From Euprymna scolopes (taxonomy: Eukaryota): a DNA stretch of 64,000 bases. Position 1 is the first letter of the stretch; each line of letters opens with the position of its first letter. Location of the stretch: NCBI GenBank assembly GCA_053919585.1, contig CM132793.1; one strand, given 5' to 3'. Below the pieces are notes generated by a model. That model had not been told where the DNA came from, made no database searches, and saw nothing but the letters and a program-made list of their open reading frames with translations. A program made the translations under genes and the position numbers. This document shows, one piece after another, positions 39,184 to 53,440 of the stretch.

Positions 39184-41117
39184 TAATACGACTTTGCGAT
39201 CTTTTACTTTCAAAATATACATCAAGCAATACTGACTTCCTTTTGATATACTCACGTGTGCCTATATCATGATTATAATATATGATCAATTTTGAAAATG
39301 TATAAACAAGAATCTTGTATTAATCGCTACTTGAATACTTTTTTAGCAAAGAAACCACCCATGAAAGCGGCACGTAAACATGCGAAAAAGCAAGGTAAAA
39401 ATAGGTGTAGAACTGAAATAGTAAATTACATATTGCGTTTTCCAATGATATTTTATTATATGTTCTGCACAATATAGCGCAATATAGCTTCCTCAGTATT
39501 TACGAATCATTATTTATTCATCTCATTGATATTAATAATATCTCTATATCAATAGCAATATTAATAACCAAATGCTTGCAAAGTGTTATTGCTTTTTATA
39601 CTATGTAGAAAAATTGAAGCACAATGAAAACAACATATTTGTTGATTCATTATAAAATTTCTAGTTGGCAATGTTATTGTGTAAATTAAGACAATGAGTA
39701 ATTACTTTATAATTGTTGTCTATTCTATTATTGGTGTTGTTTTTTTATTTGTTAATAATATGACTTTATATTATTTATTTTCTTTGGTAATTCTGTTCGT
39801 GTCAATTTTAATATCCCTACTATTTATAACGTCATTTCCCAGTTTTACTATTATCAAGTAAGTCTTTAGTAACATTTTTATTCTTAGTATTACACTGACA
39901 ACAATACGTTTATTAAGGTGGAATCGGATCCGTTTATTCTAGAGCTCATTTATTTTTCTCAATCAGGACCATTCTCAAGAAGTTTTACATTAGTGAAATA
40001 TGTTAAGAATATTTAATTTTGGTAAAATGCAATGTCAAATAATTGTTTTATTGAATGTGGTTTGTTTACTAACAAGTAGTACTAAGGCAAGATTGTTCTA
40101 GGGGGTGAACATCAAAATAGAAACGGTTTAGATTTTTAAATATTTAAACCCTCTAATAATCTTGCCAATAATAAACGAGGGATGGCTGACATGTGTAGGA
40201 GTAATTCTTTTATTGCAACGGATGGAATTGCAGGGACGATAATCTAGTGAACAGAAACATAATTCTCTTCCTACCAAGGCACATCAAGCTCACCTAAATT
40301 AAAGATTTCACCAAGACGTTAAACTAGAGTGTGAAAACTCAATGACCGAAACGGATCGGCATTTGTTCTGGCAGTAGAAACCCTTTTGCATAAAAGTTTT
40401 GCCAGGAACAAAGAAAACGTTGTCAACAACACGCTGCCTTTTGAAATGAATCCAAGCTGAAATACCAGCGTCAAAATAGACGACCTATTTTCATATATTG
40501 ATCAGTTCTGAGAACCTTAATTCAAGTAGGGAGCATAGAGACCGATTTCATTCCCAGTATTAGAGAGATGAAGATTAACCGTAGTGATATTGGGTGCAGT
40601 TCTGTCAGCTGAATAACAGTTGAACACTGAATAGATAGTTACATTTCGTGACCGTCCAATAAGTTCTAAAAAATAACTTAAAGTTATATTCTGAAGTTAA
40701 GACACTGGTGAAATGGCATGCCATCTTCGCGTACTTACCTATTATCATATTGTATTTTTACAATAGGCAGTGTTTCTACTAGGCTATCAATACACATTGT
40801 TGACAAGGCATTTTCCCTTCTTTAAAACATATTAGGACATGTCTTTCGAATACCAGCTGATAATGCAGCAAATATTATCCATTTTAACAGAAGACCATTT
40901 ATTTTTTTCAAATATAATAAATACAAAAATACTAACCTAATGGTGCAAAACTTATATATTTTATTTATTCAATAGCGCTAAATTATCTTATCAGCTGTAG
41001 AAATCTAAAGCGTTTTAAAAGTAAACGTGTCTATTGTGATGTTAATTTCAGCAATATTTATAATATGCTTTGTTTGCAACCCTCATTTATCTCTGGAACG
41101 ACAGGGCAGCTGTGATG

Positions 41118-41193
<76 letters not shown>

Positions 41194-41424
41194 CATGATA
41201 TGTGTTGATTAACAATGTTTTGACATTGTTCAAATTACCTAAGCTACATTTGTATACAGTAAGAGCATCGCTTCATACGCTAATGGTTATTTGTATATCA
41301 CTTTCCAAATGCTCAACCTACGATAGGGAGCATAATAGTCATCCACCTACAGTACTGTTTCGCTGTTTCACAGTGCGGTTAGTCAAGCAACTACCTCGGG
41401 ATAGGGTCGACACCTGGGCACCCA

Positions 41425-41471
<47 letters not shown>

Positions 41472-44400
41472 TGTGTGTGTCTGTGCGTGCATGTGAGTGT
41501 GCGTGTGCATAAAAATATAATTACGTTTTGAATTAGTGTGTATATCATTTTCAATTAAATATTAAGGTGTTGATGTTTTAAAAATTCATGTTCTGCTTTC
41601 GATCAATGAAATAAAGGATCTTTTTAGAGCAAGTTTTTTATCTCCATTACAGTGTTTGATTTTTGCATATGAAAATACTGTATTGTATTAGCGTCATATT
41701 ACACATAACCAAAATATCAGTACGAATATATTAGGAAGCAGCTGTATGTCTGGCAATTTGTCACGTGTATTATGTGCATTAAGAACAAAATTGTAAATCT
41801 ATGAAAAATGTGAAAGTATGGATAAATAGGAGTGTGTGATTTTAGACATAAAAATAAACCGACCGTCTTGAAGTGTTTATAAAACCTGTTATCCTCTAAA
41901 ATATAATTTCAACCCTTTCTTGGAAAAGGCAAGGAATGAACTCAGCACAAGAATGATACTATAAATTTCATAGTAAAAACGTGCTAGAATCTAAAAGAAT
42001 CAGTCTCCTAATTTAAAAAAGGAAATTGCAAAAAAATACCTAGCATTTTTTAGTTTGAACAAACTCATTAGAAAATAAAAAAATAAGAGAAATGAACATT
42101 GTGTCTGTCCGGAGATTGCATTTTAGTATACAGAAAGAAAAATACATTACAAATGACTTCATATTCAATCTGAAATTACTTTGTACAACGGCCTTATTTC
42201 GACATATAGTGTGTTTTTTTATTGAAATTCGAAGAGAAATCTTATGAAACATGCGTCAAATATGGCTTGCATTATCTTGCCTATCAGATTTGTTTTTCTC
42301 CTTTTCAGAATCTATGCATCATATTGCAGTAATCGCTCGTTTACTTTAAATATACACAAGGATAATATATTTTGGCAAGCATAAACACCTATATTTTATA
42401 CATTTTTTATATCGTAAAAAAGTCACAACTTTACTGCATAAACATTTCTTGGTTGGTTTAGGTTTGCATTTTTGTAATACATCTTTTGAAAGAATTCCTT
42501 TAATACTCTTTGTGTATTGTGTAAAATAGGATATCCCTGTGTGTTTGTTTGTTTGTGTGTGTGTGTATTTTTGTCATTTGCCCGCAATCACATCAACTCG
42601 TCATCTTTAGATAATAAGATTTATCGGAGGTATAATACGTAGAATTAGAAACAAATGTGAAATATTTCCTGTCGTAATTGCAGTTAATTCTAAGTGGAGG
42701 TCACCTCAAATAGTATGTTTCTAAATGATTTATATAACTCAAAATGTGTCATCCATTGTTCTTTTTATTAGTTTAAATAAAAAAAAATCCGACGTGATTC
42801 CCTGGCAAACGATTACGAGAATGTCTAATAATCATTAGCTTGGAGGTTAGCGCACGCCTACCCGTGGATGTTTTGTTTGGTGTCTTGTTAAATGTCTTTA
42901 TATCATTTTTTATCATCTGTTAATCTCAACCGAAAGATTAATTTTTATATAGAAGAAAAAAAAGTGCCAATTCAATTACGATGCTTTAATTGAAAAAAAA
43001 CATCCCTTTTTAATTTTAAGCACCTTAAAATTAATGTTTTTCCTTATTTCATACGACAATTGTGGACGTTTATTCAAGCGTAAAAATATGAATTTAAAAA
43101 AAATATGTCGAATTGCACAGTGAAATATTTCGACACATTTTTAATGTATCTACATTTGTAGCGTTAGCAAAAAGGTGCTCTAGAACACCACGAAAATATT
43201 TGTCTTTTATGCATTCGCATTGGTTTTGAGCGATTATTACATTAAATAGTTCTCATTATATGGTTTGTAACCTTTTTATCAGTTTATGACGTGCTCCCTT
43301 TAACTATAATAAGAAATTTTTCCCATGCAAACAATTTAATTTATTTGTATTTAATTTTCATTTATTGTACAAAAATTGTTTTCAGTTTACATTGTGGTTG
43401 ATTGCATCCAATTCACAATTTTTATGCATTAATATATGATACGTCAGCAATTTTTACCACTGGGCATATCCCTGCTGTCACGAGTTTATTTTTCTGGATA
43501 CATTAAAATATCAGTTTTTAGCGTATTTTAGTACAGGACAACAAGGCCACTTTGTCAAGGTGTAACATATTTAAGCGGATTTTATGACCGCACAAATACT
43601 CTCTCTCCGATTGCATCATTTTTAACAACTAAGCTACGACCCCCCCGCACCAGTTGTCGCCAGTGTTTTGCCACAACAGATATTACAATTTAAACTGCAA
43701 TTTCTAAGATAGACGGAACCTCACAAAATATTAAGTGTATAGTGAAGGAAATAGTTTATTCATATATTGTGATGATTTATATAGGCAGTGATCTATTCCA
43801 CATTGTCTTCCAATAATTTCAAAATTGATAAAATAAAGGATCCAAGGTTTTTAAACTCAATAATTATCACACTGCTAAATTACTAACTCTCTAATGATTG
43901 TACTGGATGCCCATTGCTAATATCCACAATAAAAAACCTGACGAAATAGGAACCCCTTAAACTTTAATGTATATCCCACCTAATAAAAATGAGGATAACA
44001 CTAATAACATACTGCAGACATCCCTTACACACATTGGCAAAATAACATAATGCATAAAATGTTACTTTATTATTTCATAATGACAGCAATGGAAATTAAT
44101 AGGAACTTTCCTATTTTCTTTAACTGTAATATTAGTTGTTAATAAAACAGCTCTACATATGAAATTAGTTATATTTTCAAGTCAACATTATGTAAATCAT
44201 GTCTTAACCCCCCGCCATTTATGATATTATATGTAGGAAATATTATCCCCCTCTTTTCTTTATCAGAATATTAACACATCTAAAAATTTGCGACTATCGC
44301 TACTTTAAATAGATGTAAAAATAATGTATAAAAAATTGAACTTACTAAGACATTATACCCCCTATCAACTAAACATATATAAATTATTTTTAATACGTAA

Positions 44401-44817
44401 ATGAACATTAATTTTTGATTACTTAGTGCATCTAGTGATTACTCCACATGTAAATAAGTACTGTTAGAGAATATAAAATACTAAAATAGCAAATTGGATT
44501 AACTCATTCACAAACCGTTGATGTGTAACATTACACTTACTATAATTCGCACACCGCTTGACATGAACATGCTTTTGTATATTCTTTACAGTAGATTCAT
44601 TATTAATTTTCATCGATATGGTGTTTTATTTTATTGACTTAATCAACTGACTTGCATTCATACAGTGACCATATAAATTTGTTTCTCGAAAATACTCATA
44701 TTCCAAATTAAATGCTTGTATCTTGGCTTTAAAAAAATTATGATCATGTTAGTTAGTATTTCATGTTCGATCCCGTTGCTGTTCATTTTTTTCGGTCGAA
44801 TGGTCACGGTCTGCTAT

Positions 44818-47560
44818 TTTTTAAATTCAATTTTTATCCCAAACAAGGCACAATGTCACTTTGATATAGAGGTACACAATCCAGTTGCAGGGGTATTATG
44901 TAGAAAGTGGAACAGCAAGATGCCCGTCCCACATTACAATGGGCATTCTGCATCGCGGTACAGTTGGGAAGTTCGGAACTCGGAAGGGGATTCGAGAGTC
45001 TAGCAATTCTGAGGAAGAGATTATTTGAGCAGAATACCTTCTTACATCTAGCAATATCTACTGTGTCAGGGAAGGATATGGTTAATTGTCGTGTTTGTTG
45101 TGGGTATTTACGTCGAGAGATACAAGGGCTTGTAGCTCATCAGAACATCTACCATTAAAACAGTTGTAGAACAGGCGGAGTGATGCAACATTTCGTCACT
45201 AGCACAAGGGTTTAAGCTTGGATGAGTGTTACGCTACTATCAACTTGATAACTTTCTTTTCAACCCTGTCCAGAAGGGGGTGGTGATTACCAGGTGCACT
45301 AGCTAAAATGTGAAAACTATACTCAAGACATATGCTAATGGTGGTTTTGTAGAGGTGCATGATGCGTTTAGGTGTAAGTAAATTTCTATCAGGGTACGGA
45401 GTACACATATTCTGCACAGCGGCCCCATTAATGTTCTCAGTGTATGCATTCTAACTCATTTTCTTGTGAACGTAAAGTTACGGAGTTTCAAGAAGTACTC
45501 CCAGGTAATGTATCTTTAGCCATATGTATTGGTGGTTGAGAATATTTCTTGTAATTATTGAAAGATAACAAGCTTGGTCTTGGTTGCATTAATGTAGCTA
45601 TCAATTAAAGATAGAAGGTCTCCCTCTAGTTGTTATTATATTCCAGAGTATACGTGTTCAATTGTTATACCCGTTATAGAGCAGTGTGTATCAGCAAATA
45701 TACCTATCTCAGAGACAATTTCATCAGGAAGGTCACTTATGAATATTGAATAATAAAGGTCCAAGGATAGAACCCAGAGGTACACCTGCATTTATATCAT
45801 ATTGTTTAGATTTACGACCGGCAGGGACAACCTAGATTTTTCCTTTATTTCAGAATTGATTTAATTATGTTACGTATTCGTCCAATGATACCGTATGATC
45901 TGAAAGCATCGTGCCATACACTGTCAAAAGCCTAAGATATATCAAGGATTACCGCCCACCCCACATCTGCTTTGTCCAGTGTCTCGTGTATAACTAGAGG
46001 GATTACGGTTTGATACCTGCTGTAAAACGGACTTGCCTAAATGTCTAGCAGTTGTAAGGTAATGGATAGGTTGTGGTAAATTTCGGACTCAAACAAATTG
46101 GGTGAAAATCGGGAAGAAGCAAATGAGGTCGAAATTAAATGGGTCAATTCTTTTGCCAGAATTCTTCTAAACCGGTTCCACAAAGCCGGTTTAAAACAGT
46201 CAGGAAAACAAGATTCGTTAAGGCATGTTGTTATAAAGTTTGGTGCAAGCCCAGTGAGGCATTCGTCATAAGCACACCCGGGATAAGATCGGAGCATCAT
46301 GCTTTTCAGGTGTCTAGTTTTTATGATATTATGCACCTGAGAATAGTAATTTTCGGACAATCCCTTGTGGCATCAGTCAGCAAGAGGAAAGTCAGGGAGG
46401 CAATGTTTGGTTTGCTACAAATAGAGTTTGAGACAAACTGACTGGAAAGCTTGTTCTCATTCTCGGTTGCCGTGAAAATAACCGCATACTTGTAGGATAG
46501 TTGTGGAATTGCTCTATTGTCATTATTTACTACAATATTGTATAGTTTCATGAAATCACAGGTTCCTGATTTCTGTGTTTGATGCGTTTTCTGGTGGTCT
46601 CGGCATATTTTCGCTTAGCTATCGCTATTTCCTTCTTACAATTACTTCAAGATTCTATATACTTTTTTTCTGTTTGTATTTCACATATGTCAGCTAAATC
46701 TAAGGTGTGGCTGCTGACTTTATGCTATGGCAGCTGCCCAAGTAGAAGTAAAGCATTGGCGAAATTGGACCTTGCTATTGAATTTCTGCGTGCAAATATG
46801 GGCTTTAATTGTTGTTTTGAACTATTAAGCGGTTTCTATTGTGCACTGTTAAGCGGAAGGAGAAAATATATTTTAACATGGGGCATATCAGATGATATCT
46901 CTGGTTGTTTCCTAGTCAGCATTCTTATTATGCTACCAGCTGCGCCTGTGTAAGTAGAATATAAAAAACAAATTACAGTAGTGGACATTGATGTCACCAA
47001 ATAAATACACGTGGGCGCCAGTATCGGAAAAAGTGCTGTATCTATGCTGACAGGGATTGGTTGATAAACGTACAATCCTGGGTCGAGGGAGAGAGAGAGG
47101 GAGAGAGAGAGAGAGAGGAAGGGAGCTAGAGAGAATGTTATTTTGCATGTTTAGTTTAAAGCACATAAATGTAATGTTCCCTGATTCTAGTTTTGTTTCT
47201 CTAGTCAAGGAAGACATAGACACCAAGTCCGTGCCTGTGTTTGTCCGAGTCTTTACGGCATAGTGGGGGATAAGCAGCCATGTAAAAGTTGTTTGAGAGG
47301 ATGAGGGAGTGTCAGTTTTTCCACTTAGTTCTAAGGGATGCGAGGTTTTTGCAAGAAGAAATGATTCAAAATCATCTAAGTTAGTTTTAACTAGGGGATA
47401 TTCAAGCCTTAAGGAAGGCCGCTAATTGGTTTAGTTTGAGTTTAAGCCTGGTTTAATGATAATATTTGATAGCACTGTCATTATATCTGCAGGATTGTAG
47501 CCTCGCCAAGCTCACTGGAGATTAGAGCGGAGGCCCTTTCACTGCGGGACATGCCACTAC
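44818..47560 (-). mobile_element. Decayed near-full-length CR1-group LINE (family A) with a (GA)n tract inside the APE region
   Basis: Family-A 3' end reversed at 44818-44862; YLFGDINVH (APE), LNESCFPDCFK, LDIS*AFDSVWH, GVPLGSILGPL, LYKTTI..CLEY. Confidence 0.85.
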
Positions 47561-48349
47561 AATCATACTTATATCATGAAACTGACGGTTGAGCAGCAGC
47601 TACAAGCGTTATAGTCGGAAATGACCTCCAGTTACAGTACATTCAGTATTCTAACCCTTCATAAATCAGACAAAAATCAACACAATCAAATTGCATTGGC
47701 ATATATGGAACCCAAGTACCTTAATGTTCACAGTCTTAGTGGAAGGGTTGTGGCGGAAGAGGGTAACGGCGTATATTTTCCTAGTAAGTTAACAAGGTCG
47801 ACTGCTGCGTGTTTTTTTTTGAGCCTCTGTGACCTCACCTATGCGCGTTTTTAATAGGCAAAGAGAGAGTTTATACAGATTGAACTACTCCCTAGATTGT
47901 TTCGGTTTGCAAACCGGTTATTTGTTCGAGTCGAGTAACTAGTAAATTATACTCTTCTTAATATTAAAAAGGGTATTACAATGATTTGTCTTTAATTTTC
48001 AGTGGAAGACGGATAAATACAAAATATTGCAGTGGAAGGAAGCAACTTAATTTGCAACTGGTTGGTTTAAGATGGAGGATTAATATTTGATAAAAATATG
48101 ATTTATATGTCAGTTTACGAATAGTATTACACGCTAAAGTGTGATTAAAGCTAACTAATTAAAGGAAGATAATATCGCATTTTGTTTAAAATTCGAAATT
48201 GTATTCAGCATAACAAGGAGCATCGGATGATTTTTGTGGTACGTTTTGTATTGCTTTCACGCATCTATGGAAAAGAGATATAGATATTGCTATTTAATAT
48301 AGATCAATTTAGATCTAAGTATAAAACTATGGCAAATAAGTGCCTAACT

Positions 48350-49399
48350 ATAGGATAGGAATATGTGCGAATGCATGCCTTTGCAATAGAAATCAATAGA
48401 TATTTGTGTGTAATGATTGTTTAACTGATCAGCATACTAATGGTAAGGACCGAATGAATTAGTCAAATTTGTGATTTCCTCAAAAGTTATTCCTCGCAAT
48501 ACCTCTTAGAGAGCATCCCACAACACATAGTTCCCCATAAATTGGCGTCCACTTGCATAGAGGCGTCGTTTCATGATACTCGAAACGTGTCTAATTGGGT
48601 TCAAATCTGGTGAATTCGCATTCATCTCCATATTCCGTAGCCAGAGAACCTCAGTTGTTGAAATACTCTTTGCTTTTGTTTGCTGCGTGCGAGGGAGCAT
48701 TATCCTGCAAAAAAATAATGGTTCTTCTGAATGTCAACCGTGCTTCTTCAGCCATGGTTCAAAATGCACCTTCAGACAAGCAATTTAAGCACTTGCCGTC
48801 CCTCATTTTCACGTCTTCTGGGACTGTATGGGCCAACTAAAATATCTCCGATAATCCGAGCCCAAAACATTATCAAACCGCCACCTTGTTGGCGCCTTAA
48901 ACGCTGATGAGAATGTCGTCCGTCTAGGACTCCTCCGGTGCTCAAGTCATCTCAGCCATCAAGAGTAACACACACTTCATCCATGATCAAAATTTTGGAA
49001 AAATCCATCCTCTGCTCATTTCAATCGGTTTTTAATGTGATGTTGTTTTAAGGGAGGCTTTGTCACAGGGTTAACAGACTTTGTCATTTCTTGCAGAAGG
49101 CGACATCGAGTAGTTTTTGAGACATTCTTTAATCTGGCTTGGTCAAAGACTTCTGGACTTGTCAGCCAAGGTTTCTCAACAACTTCATGTTTAATTTAGA
49201 GTAGGGAACAGCGTGATGAAAATCTAGATTGACCTTTATCAGCTGTCTTGCGTATATTTGTAGGGTGTTTGACAAAGGTTTTCACAGTTTGATTGCAACG
49301 TTCTATCATTGTCGATATTTTGCGGGTAGTTTTTCATTTTTCTAGCTGTTCTGTAATAGTATTCTTCTCATAAATGCTTAAACAATCTTTACGACCCAT
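48350..49399 (-). pseudogene. Tc1-family transposase pseudogene, DD37E (TRT)-like
   Basis: MGRKDCLS start, ILIMDEVCVTLDG, RRQQGGG.IMFWA.IIGD, FLQDNAPSHAA, NSPDLNPI..IMKRRLYASGRQF; 109 nt between the second D codon and the E position, consistent with D36/37E after a frameshift. Confidence 0.8.
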
Positions 49400-52300
49400 T
49401 TCATTGACGAAACATACATGCTTGTAAATAAATCGACACACATCAAATAAGGTGGATTCAGCAATTACGATGGTATTTGCTTGCATTGCGCGGAACCGTA
49501 CGAAAATTCCACAGTACGCGCAGCTCAGCATTACCTACGTTTCTGAAGGTTTTGATACGAAACTACCGGTAAGTTTCTGAAACTGGTCAAACATGTTATC
49601 TCGTTAATGTATTTATACGCAATGTATACAGTAGAAATTAAAGTAGCGATATAACTATAAAAGTACATTTCAGTGCAGGTATACCTTGAAGTAAGTATAA
49701 GCTATCGAAGATCAAGTATAAGTAATTTGATATAAAATAGCATTATTGAATTGTTTATAGCATATGCGAAGGTGTAGATATAAAGTATGTTATTTTATAA
49801 CGCCCTTCTGTATTTAAAGTGTACAGATTTATTCTCGTTCTATTAGATTCAGAAATGCATTGTCCGTAATCATTATTAGCATTTGTTTATATAAATAGAC
49901 TTAGACGATTTTCTCGTGAAAATGTACATAAGGATTCAAAATATTGTATTTGCGTATTTGTTAGGGCAGAACTTTTGCAGTGACTAGTAAGTTTTAAATA
50001 GAGAATTAATTTATTATGCAAATCAATCTTAATTGAAAAAAAAGCTATTTGCATTCATTTATTTTTTTTTATTGGAAGTTGGGGCTACAGGGTACGGACA
50101 ACTAAAAAAACGCTCAATATCCGAAGAAAAATTTTCTCTCATCTGATAAGCCTTACCGAAATATCTGGTGGGGAAATTTTCAGGTAGTTCTATTTTTTGC
50201 GATTACATTTTCGTGTTTCTATTATTTCTTTCACTTGCTGTGGGGGTATTACAAAAAAGCCTCAATATACTTCGCATAGTAGGTTTTGCAAACCGAACAA
50301 TGTCGACCCGGAAGACACCGGGTATCTTTAGGTGTATTATATAGAGGAAGGTTCCATGCCTATGCCTGTGTGTGTGCCTCGGGAACAAGTTTGAATCCGA
50401 AGCGGATAATCATAATTATTGTATTGTCTAAATAAGCAAAGGCTTGAATGCGGGATATATGAAATTTAAATAAAAATCTTGATATTTGCTTCCTTATGGA
50501 TCGAAAAATCGGATGAGGGTAAGTAAAATCGTGTCTTGCTATGTCCGAACATACTATTATCAAGTATATTTGACAGTTTATTTATATGAAGCCCGTTTAT
50601 ATTTAATTAAGTCTATTAAATCTATAAAATTAATAAATAATATTTAAATAAAATTAAAAAGTAATACGTCAAAAATGTGGGAAAGGAAATATGTAAACAA
50701 AGGGCAAATAACTCCTTTCTTATAACAAAAACGTTAAGGGGGTGAAAAAAAANNNNNNNNNNNNNNNNNNNNNNNNNNNNNNNNNNNNNNNNNNNNNNNN
50801 NNNNNNNNNNNNNNNNNNNNNNNNNNNNNNNNNNNNNNNNNNNNNNNNNNNNNNNNNNNNNNNNNNNNNNNNNNNNNNNNNNNNNNNNNNAGGAGTACAA
50901 AAACATATATATGATAGAAAAGGAGTTCCTTTTCATCTGACGATATCAAAAGACGTCGAGTTAAAAGGAGCANNNNNNNNNNNNNNNNNNNNNNNNNNNN
51001 NNNNNNNNNNNNNNNNNNNNNNNNNNNNNNNNNNNNNNNNNNNNNNNNNNNNNNNNNNNNNNNNNNNNNNNNNNNNNNNNNNNNNNNNNNNNNNNNNNNN
51101 NNNNNNNNNNNNNNNNNNNNNNNNNNNNNNNNGACGTTTCCCGAGATTGAATGACGATTAACGAATATTTCAAACTCCTATAGATGTATTGCCATTTGAA
51201 ATCCGTGAAATCGCATGGGAGGAAATTCACATGGCTTCATGCTGTAACTTAATTCAACAGATCTCTTACCTACATTGCAGTTTGGTGAACCTAATGTTTC
51301 ATTTATGAAATTATTTTATATAATATTCTTTACAATTAACGAAACAGAAATGATCAGCAACTTAACGTGCGGGTTTGCACCTACAGACTGCGTCATGCTA
51401 AGAGAAAACACGTACATTTTCAAGTCTTATAACAATCTTTGCAGTTAATCAACAAAAACAAAGAAAATTACGCGCGGTGTTTTAACCTACAGACTACGTT
51501 ATTCAAAAAATAAAAAAAAATAAACTAAAATAAAAACACTCACAGTTGAATTATCCCGGTGCGTGGTTCTACCATTGTTGTCTACAAAGGACTTCAGAAA
51601 TGTATTTAAAGATGATAGATAAATTCAAATAACGCTTTTGATTATCGAATATAGGTAATTCTCGGGCATATGCTTAGAGAAAACTTAAGTAAGATTAATT
51701 CCGGAATTATTCACTAAAATTCTGTAAATGTTAAAGAAAATATGTTCAGCCGTTTCGGANNNNNNNNNNNNNNNNNNNNNNNNNNNNNNNNNNNNNNNNN
51801 NNNNNNNNNNNNNNNNNNNNNNNNNNNNNNNNNNNNNNNNNNNNNNNNNNNNNNNNNNNNNNNNNNNNNNNNNNNNNNNNNNNNNNNNNNNNNNNNNNNN
51901 NNNNNNNNNNNNNNNNNNNNNNNNNNNGCGCATCTAAGTTGTACGTATCACGGGGCTAAGAATTTCATTGTCGATCCGAATCAGTTGAATATAAAAGTGT
52001 GTGTATATTGTTTATACAATGTTATATTGTTAGCACTTGAATTCAATGCTAAAACAAAAATATAATACAATAAGTTTGGATAAATATACATGCCATATTC
52101 GTATTTTTGTCCTGATGTATAGAAAACCTTGTTGAGTGTTCAGCTCGCAGGGCTTGACATCTGACAAATTCTAAATATGTTTACTTTTAAAGTGTGAAAA
52201 TGCCGAACAGATTACTCTGTTCTTTTTATTTAAATTATTTCTGTCGATATTCGCAATGGACAGTTTTAACTCTTTGTCAATGCATTTCTTTGGCTTTTCC

Positions 52301-52589
52301 TATTCAGCACATCTTATTATTTTTTTATTCCACTTAGATCCTTAAGAATCGACAATTTTTAGACTTGAAGTTTTGAAAATTTATATTTGAGACATTTTAC
52401 AAAGCTTTGCCGCAATGCAACCTCGGGATATTCTGAGTTCTTAGCGTAAACATCAAACGGGTGATTAAACGGTGAAATCAAATTCCCAACAAATTTGAAG
52501 CCATACAATGATGTTTTTGTACGAACGTCATAAAATTACATTCTCAGTATAAACTCTATAACCCTATACTCAAGTGTACACTCGTATGG

Positions 52590-53440
52590 TACAAGGTGCT
52601 TTACATAAGTGACAGTACATTTTTGTAAGCAATTTAAATTTTTTGTAGACTTTTGAAAATTAAGTATATTATTGTTTTATATCTTATGCGATAGCGTTTT
52701 TTTCTGATTTCATGTAAGAATCAAATACTCCCTACTGAAATCTGTTTATCACAGCTTGTAAATGCAGTCCGAACGTTAATAGACGATGGAATAATAATAT
52801 ACAATAAACTCTGTTAAAAAAATGGTTAGGAAAAAAAACACAGAAACGGAAAAAAGACGTCAGAGGATTTGGAACAAACTTACATGTATCGAACATCGGT
52901 TTTGGAGTTGCAAAAAAGTAATTCAGGGAAGGCAGAGATTCTGTGCGTGTTTATGAGAGGTAGGGGGAGTAAGCACGGTAGAACACTAGATTTGATAGGA
53001 CAACTGAAGAATTTTATGGATGAGGACCACTGTGTGTGGATAGAGACAATAATTGAACAGTTTGTTGTCTGTGTTGAAACTGGACAGACAATTATTCGCG
53101 AGGAAATGGGGATGCGAAAAAATTGCGGAAAGTTTTCCCAAGGGTTCTGTCAACTACTCGATACTTAAGACAAATTATTATCACACGGAAATCAAGGCTG
53201 TCCTCATAATCTCTGTGGTCCAGTCATTGCTTCTTGTAGCTTCTGGTTGGTGCCTGCCTTTTGTGACAATTGACGAGATAACATAGGTTATGACGAGGGT
53301 AATCGGTACTATTACAAGATTATTCTCATAAGGCCTTCCAGAAGCTCTGAGAACGGTACAGTACATTGGAGCCGGAAGAAATTACATCAAATGGGCGGGA
53401 GTGTCATCACAACTTACAGCTTCCAAAACCTATATGTATA
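52590..53440 (+). mobile_element. Internally deleted mariner relic
   Basis: HTH-region peptide RTLDLIGQLKNFMDEDHCVWIETI..TIIREEMGMRKNCGKF; C-terminal YIGAGRNY (CI..GGDY-like); TACAAGG TIR-like start at 52590. Confidence 0.6.

Larger units (their letters stand above)
22209..51927. other. Ten short N gaps (22209-22359, 24901-25073, 25893-26113, 26586-26730, 28955-29101, 33425-33590, 36574-36767, 50753-50890, 50973-51132, 51760-51927)
   Basis: Direct reading; each 138-221 nt; the span covers separate gaps. Confidence 0.95.

Noticed and set aside
34300-40500. Short candidate host exons (about 34310-34390, 36375-36480, 40345-40455)
   Set aside because: No recognisable protein motifs and no consistent pair of splice sites around an open frame
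30999-41554. ORFs containing IYIYIY or X runs
   Set aside because: Artefacts of (TA)n microsatellites and N gaps
43470-43590. Weak similarity to a Tc1/mariner C-terminus (DFFLWGYIK-like)
   Set aside because: Too short and degenerate to support
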